DNA of 64,000 nt, taken from contig JALNJZ010000005.1 in NCBI GenBank assembly GCA_023261845.1, positions 1 through 64,000 of the forward strand. The letters run 5' to 3'. Each line of letters starts with the position of its first letter. Position 1 is the stretch's first letter. The notes below the pieces were generated by a model. The model was not told where the DNA came from and ran no database searches. It worked only from the letters and a program-made list of their open reading frames with translations. Made by a program: the position numbers and the translations under genes. Positions 8,933 to 18,953 of the stretch are shown here, piece by piece. The DNA comes from Candidatus Terraquivivens tengchongensis (GTDB lineage: Archaea > Thermoproteota > Nitrososphaeria_A > Caldarchaeales > Wolframiiraptoraceae).

Positions 8933-10171
8933 ATGGATGAAGCTTTTGAGCTCGGTAATAGGGTAAGAAAAGACTTCCCGATATTAAACAGGTTAGTGAA
9001 AGGAAAACCCTTCGTGTATCTAGATTCTGCCGCGACGACTCAGAAACCCATACAGGTGATCGAGGCTATAAAAAATTACTATGAGACGTTTAACGCCAAC
9101 GTTCATAGGGGGATTTATAGCATAGCTGAGGAGGCGACGGCTGCTTACGAGAATGCCAGAAAGAAGGTTGCACGTCTTATAAATGCCAGAAGTCCTCGTG
9201 AAATTGTATTCACTAGAAACACAACCGAGGCGATAAATCTCGTAATGTACAGTTGGGGACAGAATAACGTGAGGGAGGGTGACATGTTGCTGGCTACTGA
9301 AATGGAACATCATAGTAATTTGCTACCATGGCATATCTTATCAAAATCAAAAAGAGCAAATCTTAAGCTTATTGGTTTTGACAAAGAAGGTTTTTTGAGA
9401 CTTGATGAACTTGAGAAGTATAAAAATGAGGACGTAAAGCTGTTTGCATTCACGTTCGCATCCAACGTTCTTGGAACCATCAATCCAGTACGTGAGCTCG
9501 TAAAATATGCTAAGGAAATGGGAGCGGTAACTGTTGTTGATGCTGCTCAGGCCGTACCCCACATGCCAGTTGACGTGCAACAATTAGACTGCGATTTCGT
9601 GGCATTTTCAGGACATAAGATGCTCGGCCCTATGGGCATTGGAGTACTATATGGAAAGGAAAGACTGCTTGAAGAGATGGAACCCTTCATGGTAGGTGGT
9701 GAGATGGTTAAAACCGTGGGCTTCGAAAGTTCAGAGTGGAACGACGTACCTTGGAAGTTTGAGGCAGGTACACCAAACGTTGAAGGTGCAATAGGTTTAG
9801 CTGCAGCTATCGATTACCTGCAACATATAGGCATGGATGTCATCAGGAGACATGAAATTAAACTAACGGAATATGCTTTAGATGCACTTGTGCGTATAGG
9901 AGAAATTACGTATTACGGTCCGAGTTCCCCAGAACAAAGGTGCGGATTGATATCCTTTAACCTCAAAGGCATACATCCACATGACCTTGCAATGTTTTTG
10001 GATAATGAAGGCATAGCTATAAGGGCCGGTCATCATTGCGCAATGCTGCTTCATAGCAAACTTGGAACAGTTGCATCTGCCAGAATAAGCTTCTACATCT
10101 ATAACATTCCATCAGAGGTCGATCTGCTAGTTAAGAGTCTAGAAAAGATAAAGAGAATGTTGGGAATCTAA
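8933..10171 (+). CDS. sufS: Cysteine desulfurase, SufS (group II)
   Basis: YLDSAATTQKP, EHHSN, SGHKM (PLP lysine), RAGHHCA. Confidence 0.95.
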   Translation: MDEAFELGNRVRKDFPILNRLVKGKPFVYLDSAATTQKPIQVIEAIKNYYETFNANVHRGIYSIAEEATAAYENARKKVARLINARSPREIVFTRNTTEAINLVMYSWGQNNVREGDMLLATEMEHHSNLLPWHILSKSKRANLKLIGFDKEGFLRLDELEKYKNEDVKLFAFTFASNVLGTINPVRELVKYAKEMGAVTVVDAAQAVPHMPVDVQQLDCDFVAFSGHKMLGPMGIGVLYGKERLLEEMEPFMVGGEMVKTVGFESSEWNDVPWKFEAGTPNVEGAIGLAAAIDYLQHIGMDVIRRHEIKLTEYALDALVRIGEITYYGPSSPEQRCGLISFNLKGIHPHDLAMFLDNEGIAIRAGHHCAMLLHSKLGTVASARISFYIYNIPSEVDLLVKSLEKIKRMLGI

Positions 10172-10176
10172 AGTGC

Positions 10177-10605
10177 CTAAATCTTTCTGACGCTGCTTTT
10201 TGCTCCACAAATGTCGCATTGTAAAAATCTAAACCTTTTTTCTGCTTCGATTCTTGTATCAACACCGCCACAAACAGGACATTTAACAAACTCTTTCATG
10301 TATATCTCGAGTAATCTTTTGATTTCCTCATTCGAAAGCTTACCTTGGATTGTTAATCTTTCACCCTCTAAGACGCCGGGTTTACCAGACTCTTTGAATA
10401 TGAATCTTGCTAGATGTTGCGGATCTCTGTTTAAAGTTTCAGCGAGGTGTCTAAAGTTCATTATTATTGTATGTTTGGTCGTCTGCATTATGGTCGGTCT
10501 GAGCTCTAACGTTCTATCACCAGACTTGCTAACCACGTTCTTAACTTCGGCCATTACCCTTTCCAGTAACTTCAAGTAAGCTTCCTTCGTAGTGATGTCC
10601 ACCAT
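10177..10605 (-). CDS. eif2b: Translation initiation factor 2 beta subunit (aIF2-beta)
   Basis: NF..LA..LNRDPQHL, FVKCPVCGGVDT ... CDICGA zinc ribbon. Confidence 0.92.
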   Translation of the reverse strand: MVDITTKEAYLKLLERVMAEVKNVVSKSGDRTLELRPTIMQTTKHTIIMNFRHLAETLNRDPQHLARFIFKESGKPGVLEGERLTIQGKLSNEEIKRLLEIYMKEFVKCPVCGGVDTRIEAEKRFRFLQCDICGAKSSVRKI

Positions 10606-10657
10606 TTTCCCACACCAAAAGCTTAGCGTAAGATGAATTTAACTGTTTGATTTTTAG

Positions 10658-11980
10658 TCATTTTTCTTCTAACCGTTTTACGATGAGTATATGTCCCTCT
10701 TTACCTATAACTATGGCCTTACTCCCAGGCATTATCGTTTCTTGCGACTTCGCCATCCAGTATTCGCCCGAGTATTTAACGAAACCATGCTTATCGGGCC
10801 CTAACTCATCTACTACGTAAACTATTTCGTTGATCATATCCTTAAGCAACGGCTTCCTTCTTTTCGCCTTCACAACCTTATACAGCATGAATAATGTGAA
10901 GCCACCTATAACCAGCGCTGAGCTAACGATCGTAGCAAAGAAGACCCTATAAAGATTCTCACTCGCTAACCACTCTGCACTACCTAGTGGTATTAAAAGC
11001 AGACTTCCAAAGATCATGAACAGGAAACCGGAACCGCCGAGAACACCAAATCCCGGTGTATAGGCTTCCGCTATCATAAGAATCGAACCTATTATCAAGA
11101 ACAAAAGGGCTGCTATGTTAACATTGAATCCTAACCCTATTAAGCCGATTATGAGTAAGAAAGCACCGATTATCTCCGCTAGGTGACCAGGGGCCGATAT
11201 GCCGAATATCAAAGCATAAAGACCTATGAGGAAAGCCAACGATGCAATTATCGGGTCGCTTATAACGCTCAGCAGCATCGTCCTTAGACTCGGCTCATAC
11301 CAGTGTACTACAGCACCTTTCGTATTTAACGTAACACTTCTACTGAATATCTCTATATTCCTACCATCCACTTTCGCTAACAATTCATCTACTTCCGACG
11401 CTACCACGTCTATCACACCGTACCTCAGCGCTAATTCCTCGTTTAGGTTCAAATTATGCGTAACGAAGAGTTTCGCGGCAGTCTCGTTTCGTCCATGCAT
11501 TCTTGCTCTTTCTACTATGTAAGCCGTGAGGGCGTTTATCGTCTTTTCATCCTGAATGGGTTCAGAGTTGCCAAACGGTGAGTAGCTCACGGGTTGGCAC
11601 GAGCCGATGGTGGTGTAAGGTGCCATTGCCGCAACGTGCGATGCTAAAAGTATAAAGGTCCCCGCGGACCAACTTTTACTCCCGGATGGATAAACATAAA
11701 CGATGACTGGTATTTGGGAGCGTTCTATTGTATCCACTATTTCAAAAGTTGCTGAAAGTAAACCTCCCGTTGTATCTATAGTTATTAGGATTACATGATA
11801 TCCGTTTGCGGCTGCATATTCCAAAGCTTCTTTCGCTAAGCTTGACGTGGCGGTCGTTATTGTTCCCTCTATTCTGACAGCAAGCACTTTGGGCTGTTCG
11901 GGGTTGGCTGCGCATAATTGAGAGAGAAAAAGAGCGAATAATGATAGCGTTAGTAAAATGAAAACCACACGGCGTATCAT
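10658..11980 (-). CDS. nfeD: NfeD long form, membrane-bound ClpP-class serine protease (stomatin partner)
   Basis: Signal peptide, IDTTGG, WSAGTFI, AAMAP, ARMHGRN, TM bundle, C-terminal OB-like GEYW. Confidence 0.9.
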   Translation of the reverse strand: MIRRVVFILLTLSLFALFLSQLCAANPEQPKVLAVRIEGTITTATSSLAKEALEYAAANGYHVILITIDTTGGLLSATFEIVDTIERSQIPVIVYVYPSGSKSWSAGTFILLASHVAAMAPYTTIGSCQPVSYSPFGNSEPIQDEKTINALTAYIVERARMHGRNETAAKLFVTHNLNLNEELALRYGVIDVVASEVDELLAKVDGRNIEIFSRSVTLNTKGAVVHWYEPSLRTMLLSVISDPIIASLAFLIGLYALIFGISAPGHLAEIIGAFLLIIGLIGLGFNVNIAALLFLIIGSILMIAEAYTPGFGVLGGSGFLFMIFGSLLLIPLGSAEWLASENLYRVFFATIVSSALVIGGFTLFMLYKVVKAKRRKPLLKDMINEIVYVVDELGPDKHGFVKYSGEYWMAKSQETIMPGSKAIVIGKEGHILIVKRLEEK

Positions 11981-12804
11981 TCTTTGGGTCCTTTCTCCTC
12001 CTTACTCATCCCTTTTATTAAACCAACTATGTTTGCCAACGAAGACGTGTCTGTAGTCGTTGTTACTACGACGAGGTTCCGCTCCCTAGCAATCTCCGTT
12101 AGAGTCTGTAATTCCCTCAGACGTAATGAAATAGGCTGCTCGCTATATTGTTTTGCTGCCGCCGCTAACTTCTCCGAGGCTAGCAGTTCACCCTCTGCTA
12201 CGATGATTCTTGAACGCTTCTCTCTTTCTGCCTCTGCTTGCTTGGCTATCGCCCTAACCATCGTTTCGGGCATCGTGATATCTTTTAGCGCAACCATGCT
12301 AACCTTTATTCCCCATGGTTCCGTAAGCTCATCAACCATACTACTGATTCTCTTTCCAAGCTCCTCCCTCCTGGTAAGCAATTCATCAAGCTCGACTTGT
12401 CCAAGCACATCCCTCAAAGTTGTTTGAGCTAAAAGGTTAGTCGCCTGTGCATAATTCTCAACCTGAAGTATTGCCTTTGCTGGGTCAATAACACGGTAAT
12501 AAACGGCCGCATCTACATCAACGCTTACGTTATCTTTCGTCACGACCTTCTGTCTTGGAATATCAACTACGACCGTTCGTAGGTCCACTTTAACGAACCT
12601 GTCAACTATAGGTACCAAGAAGAACAGACCAGGACCTTTAGCTCCAAAAAAACGACCTAACCTGAAGATTATGCCACGTTCATATTCCCTAACGACTCTG
12701 ATAGAGGCAGATAAAATTATGATGATGAGTATTATGACAAAGAAGTATGCAATAACTTCTGCAGGACCTATTTGCAACGTAACTATTTCTGGCAACTTGT
12801 TCAC
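11977..12804 (-). CDS. SPFH/stomatin (slipin) family protein
   Basis: EYERGIIFRLGR, GPGLFF, TKDNVSV, AQTTLR, QAEAERE; GTG start. Confidence 0.93.
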   Translation of the reverse strand: MNKLPEIVTLQIGPAEVIAYFFVIILIIIILSASIRVVREYERGIIFRLGRFFGAKGPGLFFLVPIVDRFVKVDLRTVVVDIPRQKVVTKDNVSVDVDAAVYYRVIDPAKAILQVENYAQATNLLAQTTLRDVLGQVELDELLTRREELGKRISSMVDELTEPWGIKVSMVALKDITMPETMVRAIAKQAEAEREKRSRIIVAEGELLASEKLAAAAKQYSEQPISLRLRELQTLTEIARERNLVVVTTTTDTSSLANIVGLIKGMSKEEKGPKE

Positions 12805-12911
12805 GTTTAGATCAAATCTTGACGGTACTACATAAAGTTTATGAGGACCGTGCCGTGAACTTTTTAGATTGACGGTTGCTTAAAAACGAACAAAAGCGGA
12901 GGTTTTAACAT

Positions 12912-14225
12912 TTGCGGGAATTCTGGATAAAAGACGCAAGTTATGCGAGCGAAGGTAGGAAGAAGTTGGAGTGGGCAGAAGGGCAGATGAAGGTGTTGAT
13001 GAAGATAAGAGAGAGGTTCCAGAAGGAAAAGCCGCTTAAGAACCAGAAAATAAGCGCTTGTTTGCATATCACAAAAGAAACGGGCGTCTTACTAAAAACA
13101 TTGGTGGAGAGTGGTGCTCAAGTCAGTTTATGTCCATCTAACCCGCTCAGCACCCAAGATGATGTTGCAGCAGCGTTAGTTGGGGAGGGAATAAAGGTTT
13201 ATGGTTTTAGGGGTTTAACTGCAAAAGAGTATTATGAATGCATAGGATATACACTTTTGCATAAGCCCACAATAACCATGGATGATGGTGCTGACTTAGT
13301 ATCAACTCTGCACAAGTTAGCGTATGGTATCAAAGGGACGGATATTGAGTACGTAAAAGGAATTCTTGGAGATTTTGGCGAAGAGTTGATAGATGGTGTT
13401 ATTGGTGGTACAGAAGAGACTACAACGGGCGTCATGAGGTTAAGAGCTTTAGAAGAAAGGGGCATGCTAAAGTATCCGATAATTGCTGTAAACGACGCTA
13501 AATCGAAAAACTTATTCGACAACCCTATTGGAACGGGACAGTCAGCCCTCGATGGGATTCTGAGAGCTACGAATGTGCTTTTTGCTGGCAAAGATGTGGT
13601 CGTTGTTGGCTATGGTCAAGTTGGCTCTGGTATAGCCGAGAGGGCGAGAGGTCTGGGAGCTAGAGTCACCGTTGTTGAGGTTGACCCTATAAAGGCTTTG
13701 AAGGCCGTAATGCATGGTTTCAACGTTGACACATTATCAAGAGCTGCGGAATATGGTGATATATTTATAACAGCTACTGGAAACATCAATGTTATTAGAG
13801 GCGAACATTTCGAAAAGATGAAGGACGGGGCAATACTTGCAAATGCTGGACACATGGATGTGGAGATTTCAAAAAGAGAGTTGGATATGTTAGCGAAGGA
13901 AAAAGTGGAGATTAGTAAGCTCGTAACGCTCTTCAGAATGAATGATGGTAGGAGAATATACTTGCTAGGTGATGGAAGGCTGGTTAACCTTGTATGTGCC
14001 GAAGGGCATCCTTCAGAGGTCATGGACCTCTCATTCTCACTTCAGGCATTATGTGTAGAGTTTATCGTGAAAAATAAGGATAAATTGGAGAAAAAAGTCT
14101 TAGCAGTTCCAGAAGATATCGATAAAAATGTCGCACGACTTAAGCTTGATACGATGAATATCACAATTGAAGAGCTTACTGAGGAGCAAAAAAGATACCT
14201 AACTGAGTGGCAGGTAGGCACGTAA
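12912..14225 (+). CDS. ahcY: S-adenosylhomocysteine hydrolase
   Basis: LHITKET, SNPLSTQD, DDGAD, EETTTG, GYGQVG, GRLVNL, GHP; TTG start. Confidence 0.96.
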   Translation: MREFWIKDASYASEGRKKLEWAEGQMKVLMKIRERFQKEKPLKNQKISACLHITKETGVLLKTLVESGAQVSLCPSNPLSTQDDVAAALVGEGIKVYGFRGLTAKEYYECIGYTLLHKPTITMDDGADLVSTLHKLAYGIKGTDIEYVKGILGDFGEELIDGVIGGTEETTTGVMRLRALEERGMLKYPIIAVNDAKSKNLFDNPIGTGQSALDGILRATNVLFAGKDVVVVGYGQVGSGIAERARGLGARVTVVEVDPIKALKAVMHGFNVDTLSRAAEYGDIFITATGNINVIRGEHFEKMKDGAILANAGHMDVEISKRELDMLAKEKVEISKLVTLFRMNDGRRIYLLGDGRLVNLVCAEGHPSEVMDLSFSLQALCVEFIVKNKDKLEKKVLAVPEDIDKNVARLKLDTMNITIEELTEEQKRYLTEWQVGT

Positions 14226-14226
14226 T

Positions 14227-14586
14227 TTAAAGATTTTCATAGTTTTCCTTGAGCCATTTTGCGACTTCTCTAAGCGTCGGACTGCTTGAAACGTTTATGA
14301 CGTTGGCTTCAGGACCCTTCTCAATCATAATCTTATCCTGGTACACGGGCATAAGTGTGAACGATACAGACGTCCAGTACACCCTACCCTTTGCTAGTTC
14401 TTCTGCAAAGAACTCCATAGATGGTGATAAGGGAGTGGGTAAAAAAAGTACGTCCTCAGCCCAGAAGAGAACAACAGGCTGACCGGGAGCCAGTACTAGA
14501 CTTTGCAATAACTCTGATGGCGATTTGTACTTTATACATTCCAATATTATAATCTGTTGGATTGGCCTGTATATTATTTCAACCAT
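14227..14586 (-). CDS. Conserved hypothetical archaeal protein
   Basis: 119-aa ORF filling the gap downstream of the hydratase; no motif recognised. Confidence 0.65.
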   Translation of the reverse strand: MVEIIYRPIQQIIILECIKYKSPSELLQSLVLAPGQPVVLFWAEDVLFLPTPLSPSMEFFAEELAKGRVYWTSVSFTLMPVYQDKIMIEKGPEANVINVSSSPTLREVAKWLKENYENL

Positions 14587-14623
14587 AACAGAAACTTCTT
14601 ATGATTCCCTAAAGATAAATGTT

Positions 14624-15418
14624 TTATTCTCCTGTAAAGTTTGGTTTTCTTTTACTTAAAAAGGCCGATATACCCTCGACAGAATCTTTTGTCGTGAATA
14701 ACGATGCGAAAGAAGTTGCCTCGAAAGCCAGCCCTTCTTCGATAGGACCGTGACGTGTGAGCCTGATTACATCCTTTATAGTTCTGAGGGCGATCGGCGG
14801 CGCTTCAGCCAATCTTTGGGCTATTTTTCTTGCCTCCTCGTCTAATTTTTCGGGTTGTGTAATCCAATTTACTAGCCCGATTCTCAACGCATCTTCGCTC
14901 TTCAGCCTTTCACCGAACATTATAAGTTCCTTTGCTTTAGCCTCGCCTACAATTCTTGGGAGCCTTTGCGTCCCGCCTCCTCCTGGAATTAGCCCTAATT
15001 TTATCTCAGGCAATCCGAGTTCCGCTCTATTACTTGCAATTCTAAAGTCGCAACCCAGAGCTAATTCGAACCCACCACCTAACGCATAACCGTCAATGAC
15101 AGCTATGACAGGCTTTGGGAATGTCTCTAGCATGTTAACGACACTCTGTAATCTTGTTGACACATATAATGCATCCAGTGGTTTTAGGTTTATGAATGTT
15201 GAAATATCAACACCTGCGCTGAAAGACCTACCTTCAGGATTCCCTTTTAGAAGAACAACTCTTATGTCCTTATCCGTTGACAATTCTTCAAGCACACTAG
15301 AAAGTTCGTCCAGCATTCTTAACGATATTGCGTTTAGTTTTTCCGGTCTGCTAAGTATAACCCATGCAAGAGGCGGTTCTCGAATGACCTTTATTTCTTG
15401 TAAGTTTTTCTCAGACAT
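14624..15418 (-). CDS. Enoyl-CoA hydratase (crotonase)
   Basis: RPEKLNA, FSAGVD, GYALGGGFELAL, PEIKLG, PGGGGTQRL. Confidence 0.92.
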   Translation of the reverse strand: MSEKNLQEIKVIREPPLAWVILSRPEKLNAISLRMLDELSSVLEELSTDKDIRVVLLKGNPEGRSFSAGVDISTFINLKPLDALYVSTRLQSVVNMLETFPKPVIAVIDGYALGGGFELALGCDFRIASNRAELGLPEIKLGLIPGGGGTQRLPRIVGEAKAKELIMFGERLKSEDALRIGLVNWITQPEKLDEEARKIAQRLAEAPPIALRTIKDVIRLTRHGPIEEGLAFEATSFASLFTTKDSVEGISAFLSKRKPNFTGE

Positions 15419-16595
15419 ATTCGTAAAAACCTCTGCGTGTCTTTACACCAAGCCTGTTATTGGCTACCATTTCCTCTAGAAGCTGGTCTGGTTTATAATA
15501 TTCACCATATTTTGATCGTTTTATCTTTAAAACTTGTACGAGCGTATCTATACCCCATTTATCAGCCATCTGTAAAATTCCTTCTGGAAAATTTAATCCC
15601 AGTATGACTGCTTTATCAAGCTCTTCTTTATCAACAACGTTGTTCCTCAATAACCAAGCGGCAGCGTTTACTGCTGGCGCAAATATTTCCTCGAGATTAA
15701 CCTTATCCGCGAGCTCTGGAGGGATCTTTGGTTTCTCCCACAAATCTCCAGTATAAGTGTAGAACCCCTTACCGCTTTTCTTTCCATACCATCCGTTCTT
15801 ATAGTATTCTTCGAAAAGCGGGGACATGATAACACCTCCATCTCTATCTTGTATCGCCTTGCCTGCAGAATAAAGTACATCAATACCAACGTAATCTGAT
15901 AACTCAAATAAGCCCATGGGAAGTTTAGCCCTGTACTTAACCGCCGAGTCAACTTCTAGCATCGAAGCTTCGCCCCTATGCACAATCCAAGCGGCTTCCT
16001 GAATGAGGGCTTCTAGTATCCTGTTTACAACAAAACCCGGTACATCTTTCCTACAAATTATAAACTGTTTGCCTAAGGTTTTAATGAATGTTAGAACGGA
16101 ATCTACAGTTTGCTTCGATGTCTTATCACCGCACACTATCTCAACCAACGGCATAATGACTGGGGGGTTAAAAAAATGTATTCCAATAACCTTGTCCGGT
16201 CGTGAGGTGGCCGATGCTATTTCAGAAATGGGTAAAGAGCTTGTATTTGTACCCAGAATTGTTTCTGGGTGCGTCATCCCGTCAAGCCTCGAAAAAATCC
16301 CTTTTTTCAATTCTAGGTTTTCGGGTACGGCCTCTATTATTAACTTAGAATCCTTAGCTGCTTCTTCCAAACTTGTTGTTGTCCTAATTCTGTTAAGCGT
16401 TAATGTTAACTCCTCATTACCTAACTTTCCCTTCTCCACCATCTTTCGTAGACTCCATTCTATCTTTTTGATGGCTTCTCGGAGTATCTCCTCGCTTATA
16501 TCGCATAGAAAGACCACGTAACCATTAAGCGCGGCAACTTCAGCAATTCCATGTCCCATCGTTCCTGCTCCAACAACAGCGATTTTCTCAAACAT
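15411..16595 (-). CDS. 3-hydroxyacyl-CoA dehydrogenase
   Basis: GAGTMGHGIA, EAVPE, TNTSS, HFFNP, PGFVVNR, duplicated C-terminal dimerisation domain; ATG at 16595 preferred over TTG 16601. Confidence 0.92.
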   Translation of the reverse strand: MFEKIAVVGAGTMGHGIAEVAALNGYVVFLCDISEEILREAIKKIEWSLRKMVEKGKLGNEELTLTLNRIRTTTSLEEAAKDSKLIIEAVPENLELKKGIFSRLDGMTHPETILGTNTSSLPISEIASATSRPDKVIGIHFFNPPVIMPLVEIVCGDKTSKQTVDSVLTFIKTLGKQFIICRKDVPGFVVNRILEALIQEAAWIVHRGEASMLEVDSAVKYRAKLPMGLFELSDYVGIDVLYSAGKAIQDRDGGVIMSPLFEEYYKNGWYGKKSGKGFYTYTGDLWEKPKIPPELADKVNLEEIFAPAVNAAAWLLRNNVVDKEELDKAVILGLNFPEGILQMADKWGIDTLVQVLKIKRSKYGEYYKPDQLLEEMVANNRLGVKTRRGFYEYV

Positions 16596-16713
16596 AACCA
16601 AAATAAGGTTCTGGGGGAATTTTTAAAACCTTATTAATTTTTACAGAAAATTTAAAAAAAATTAAAAACTGTTATATACTTTATGGTAATCTTTAAATAG
16701 ACGTGATTAAAAG

Positions 16714-17859
16714 ATGTCCGGGTCCGATGTTGTAATCCATAAAGGTTTAGAAAACATTATAATAACAGAGACAACACTTTCCTATATCGATGGTGAAAAA
16801 GGAATACTGTACTATGCAGGCTACCCGATAGAAGATTTAGCAAAATATTCAACGTTTGAGGAGGTTTGTTTCCTTCTTTGGTACAACAGGCTTCCGAAAA
16901 GAAAAGAATTGGATGACCTAAAGAAAAACCTAATCGAGAATGCAGACATACCTTGGGAAATAGTTGACTTTATGAAAAAAACTCCTAAAAATGCGCATCC
17001 TATGGACATTATGAAGACAGCAGTTTCGGCCCTCGGTCCATATGACCCTGAACTTGAAGATAATTCTAAAGAGGCGAATATAAGAAAGGCTATCAGGTTA
17101 CAAGCAAAAGTCGGAACCATAACAGCATACATATACAGAATCAAAGAGGGGCTTGATATAATACCGCCCAGCAGAAGGCTTGGTTATGCAGAAAATTTCC
17201 TCTATATGATGTTTGGGAAGGAGCCTGATAAGTTAAGTAGTAGGATAATAGATGTGGCACTAATCCTTCACGCTGAACATGAACTACCTGCCTCAACGAC
17301 GGCTGCATTAACCACAATATCCACATTATCTGACATATACTCCGCTATAGTTTCAGGCATAGCTGCACTGAAGGGTCCTCTGCATGGTGGAGCGAATGAG
17401 AAAGCTCTAGAAATGTTGAAAGAAATTAAAACTCCAGAAAGAGCTGAAGAATACATCAAGAAAGCACTGGCAGAAAAGAAGAGGATAATGGGCTTCGGTC
17501 ATAGGGTGTACAAGGCATACGACCCTAGAGCGAGAATCTTTAAGGAATATTTTAGGAAACTATGTGAGCAGAAGAACGAGTGGACAATGTACCAGACTGC
17601 TGAGAAGGTTGAGGAAGTAATGATCAACTTACTTGGTAAGAAGGGAATTTTCCCAAACATAGACTTCTACTCAGGTGCAGTTTATGATATGTTGGGCATA
17701 CCGTCATACTTGTTTACACCAATGTTTGCAATGGCGCGAACGTCCGGATGGACCGCTCATGTGATAGAGTACCTTCAGGACAACAGACTCATCAGGCCTA
17801 GGGCTCATTATATAGGTCAGCTTGACCTTAAATATATTCCAATAGAACAGAGAGAGTAG
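16714..17859 (+). CDS. gltA: Citrate synthase
   Basis: GPLHGGAN, GFGHRVYK, DPRA, PNIDFYSG, LIRP. Confidence 0.95.
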   Translation: MSGSDVVIHKGLENIIITETTLSYIDGEKGILYYAGYPIEDLAKYSTFEEVCFLLWYNRLPKRKELDDLKKNLIENADIPWEIVDFMKKTPKNAHPMDIMKTAVSALGPYDPELEDNSKEANIRKAIRLQAKVGTITAYIYRIKEGLDIIPPSRRLGYAENFLYMMFGKEPDKLSSRIIDVALILHAEHELPASTTAALTTISTLSDIYSAIVSGIAALKGPLHGGANEKALEMLKEIKTPERAEEYIKKALAEKKRIMGFGHRVYKAYDPRARIFKEYFRKLCEQKNEWTMYQTAEKVEEVMINLLGKKGIFPNIDFYSGAVYDMLGIPSYLFTPMFAMARTSGWTAHVIEYLQDNRLIRPRAHYIGQLDLKYIPIEQRE

Positions 17860-17908
17860 CACACATAAGACGTGAAAAAATTAATTTAGGTTCTGTTAAC
17901 ATCAATTA

Positions 17909-18700
17909 ATGGCCGTGTCTCCCGGCAGAGAGTTAGGGTTAATAATAAAATCGCCTGTGGCGGCTTCGTCGATAAAGGTAGTAAATTATCTTAAGAGTCA
18001 GAAGTTTGAATCGCTTTTTTTAAATTTGCCAAGAAGTCTAGATGAACTTGTGGCCGAGTATGTCATGGGAATGGAATACGAAGATTTTGTGGAAGAGGTT
18101 AGAAAACGTAAGCTTTTACCGGAACCTGTAGAATCTTGGTTGAAAGAATATGAGTACTTACTCAGAAGTTTGAGGGAAGAAGGTATTGAAGTTTGTACTT
18201 TTTGCTACAAAGATGAGAAAGCATTTGAGCTTGAAACGAAAGTTGCCATAGAAGCTGCTTTGCTCGTGTTAAGGGATTCCATCACTGGAAAGGTGAGTGT
18301 GGATAGATGGTTAAAAATATTAACTTCTCAAGTCAACATGATTGACATCGTACGCCGTGAAGCTGACTACATACTCGATGAATCGTTCAACTACAATAAG
18401 AATATATGCATAGCCAGCTTTGAAGGGAAGGAATTAAAGAAGTATTTAGAACAAGAAATGGATACCTGGGTCAAGTACATCGGCCTGCCATATCACTTTA
18501 CACCGCTCGAGGTCCTTAAAAGAGAGATGTGTTTAGGAAAGGTCTCGGAAGATAAGGTTAAGCAGTTTGTAAGAGAACACATAAAATTCATAACAGAAAT
18601 GGTTATACCAAAAGGCTTAGAAAATGCCATTTCTGAATGGACGAAAAAGACGCTATATTGGCATCCTAGCATCTCCAACAAAGAAAAAGAGGCGTTTTAG
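17909..18700 (+). CDS. Hypothetical protein
   Basis: 263-aa ORF with normal composition between citrate synthase and AOR; no motif recognised. Confidence 0.75.
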   Translation: MAVSPGRELGLIIKSPVAASSIKVVNYLKSQKFESLFLNLPRSLDELVAEYVMGMEYEDFVEEVRKRKLLPEPVESWLKEYEYLLRSLREEGIEVCTFCYKDEKAFELETKVAIEAALLVLRDSITGKVSVDRWLKILTSQVNMIDIVRREADYILDESFNYNKNICIASFEGKELKKYLEQEMDTWVKYIGLPYHFTPLEVLKREMCLGKVSEDKVKQFVREHIKFITEMVIPKGLENAISEWTKKTLYWHPSISNKEKEAF

Positions 18701-18953
18701 AACTTAATGTGCGATTAATGTTTCTACGAAGTTTGTGGTTATCATCTTACTAAGGCCTGCGATATCGTTAGTTTATATGAAAAACGGCTCTGGAATAACA
18801 TAGATAAAACTCAGCACCCTTTACTTTGCAAAGAGCTCTGAATATTGTGACCTCTATTGTATGCTTCACTCAAGACGCAATCATGTTAACAACATTAATA
18901 ATATCACGAAAAAATTTAAAATTTACTCAGAATAGTGTAAAGCCTATTAAGAG

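Noticed and set aside
7471-10200. Integrated element at the tRNA-Arg 3' end
   Set aside because: No repeated tRNA 3' fragment, integrase or transposase was found by eye
14624-16601. Evidence for a 4-hydroxybutyrate carbon-fixation cycle
   Set aside because: These enzymes are equally used in beta-oxidation, and no 4-hydroxybutyryl-CoA dehydratase or carboxylase is in the window
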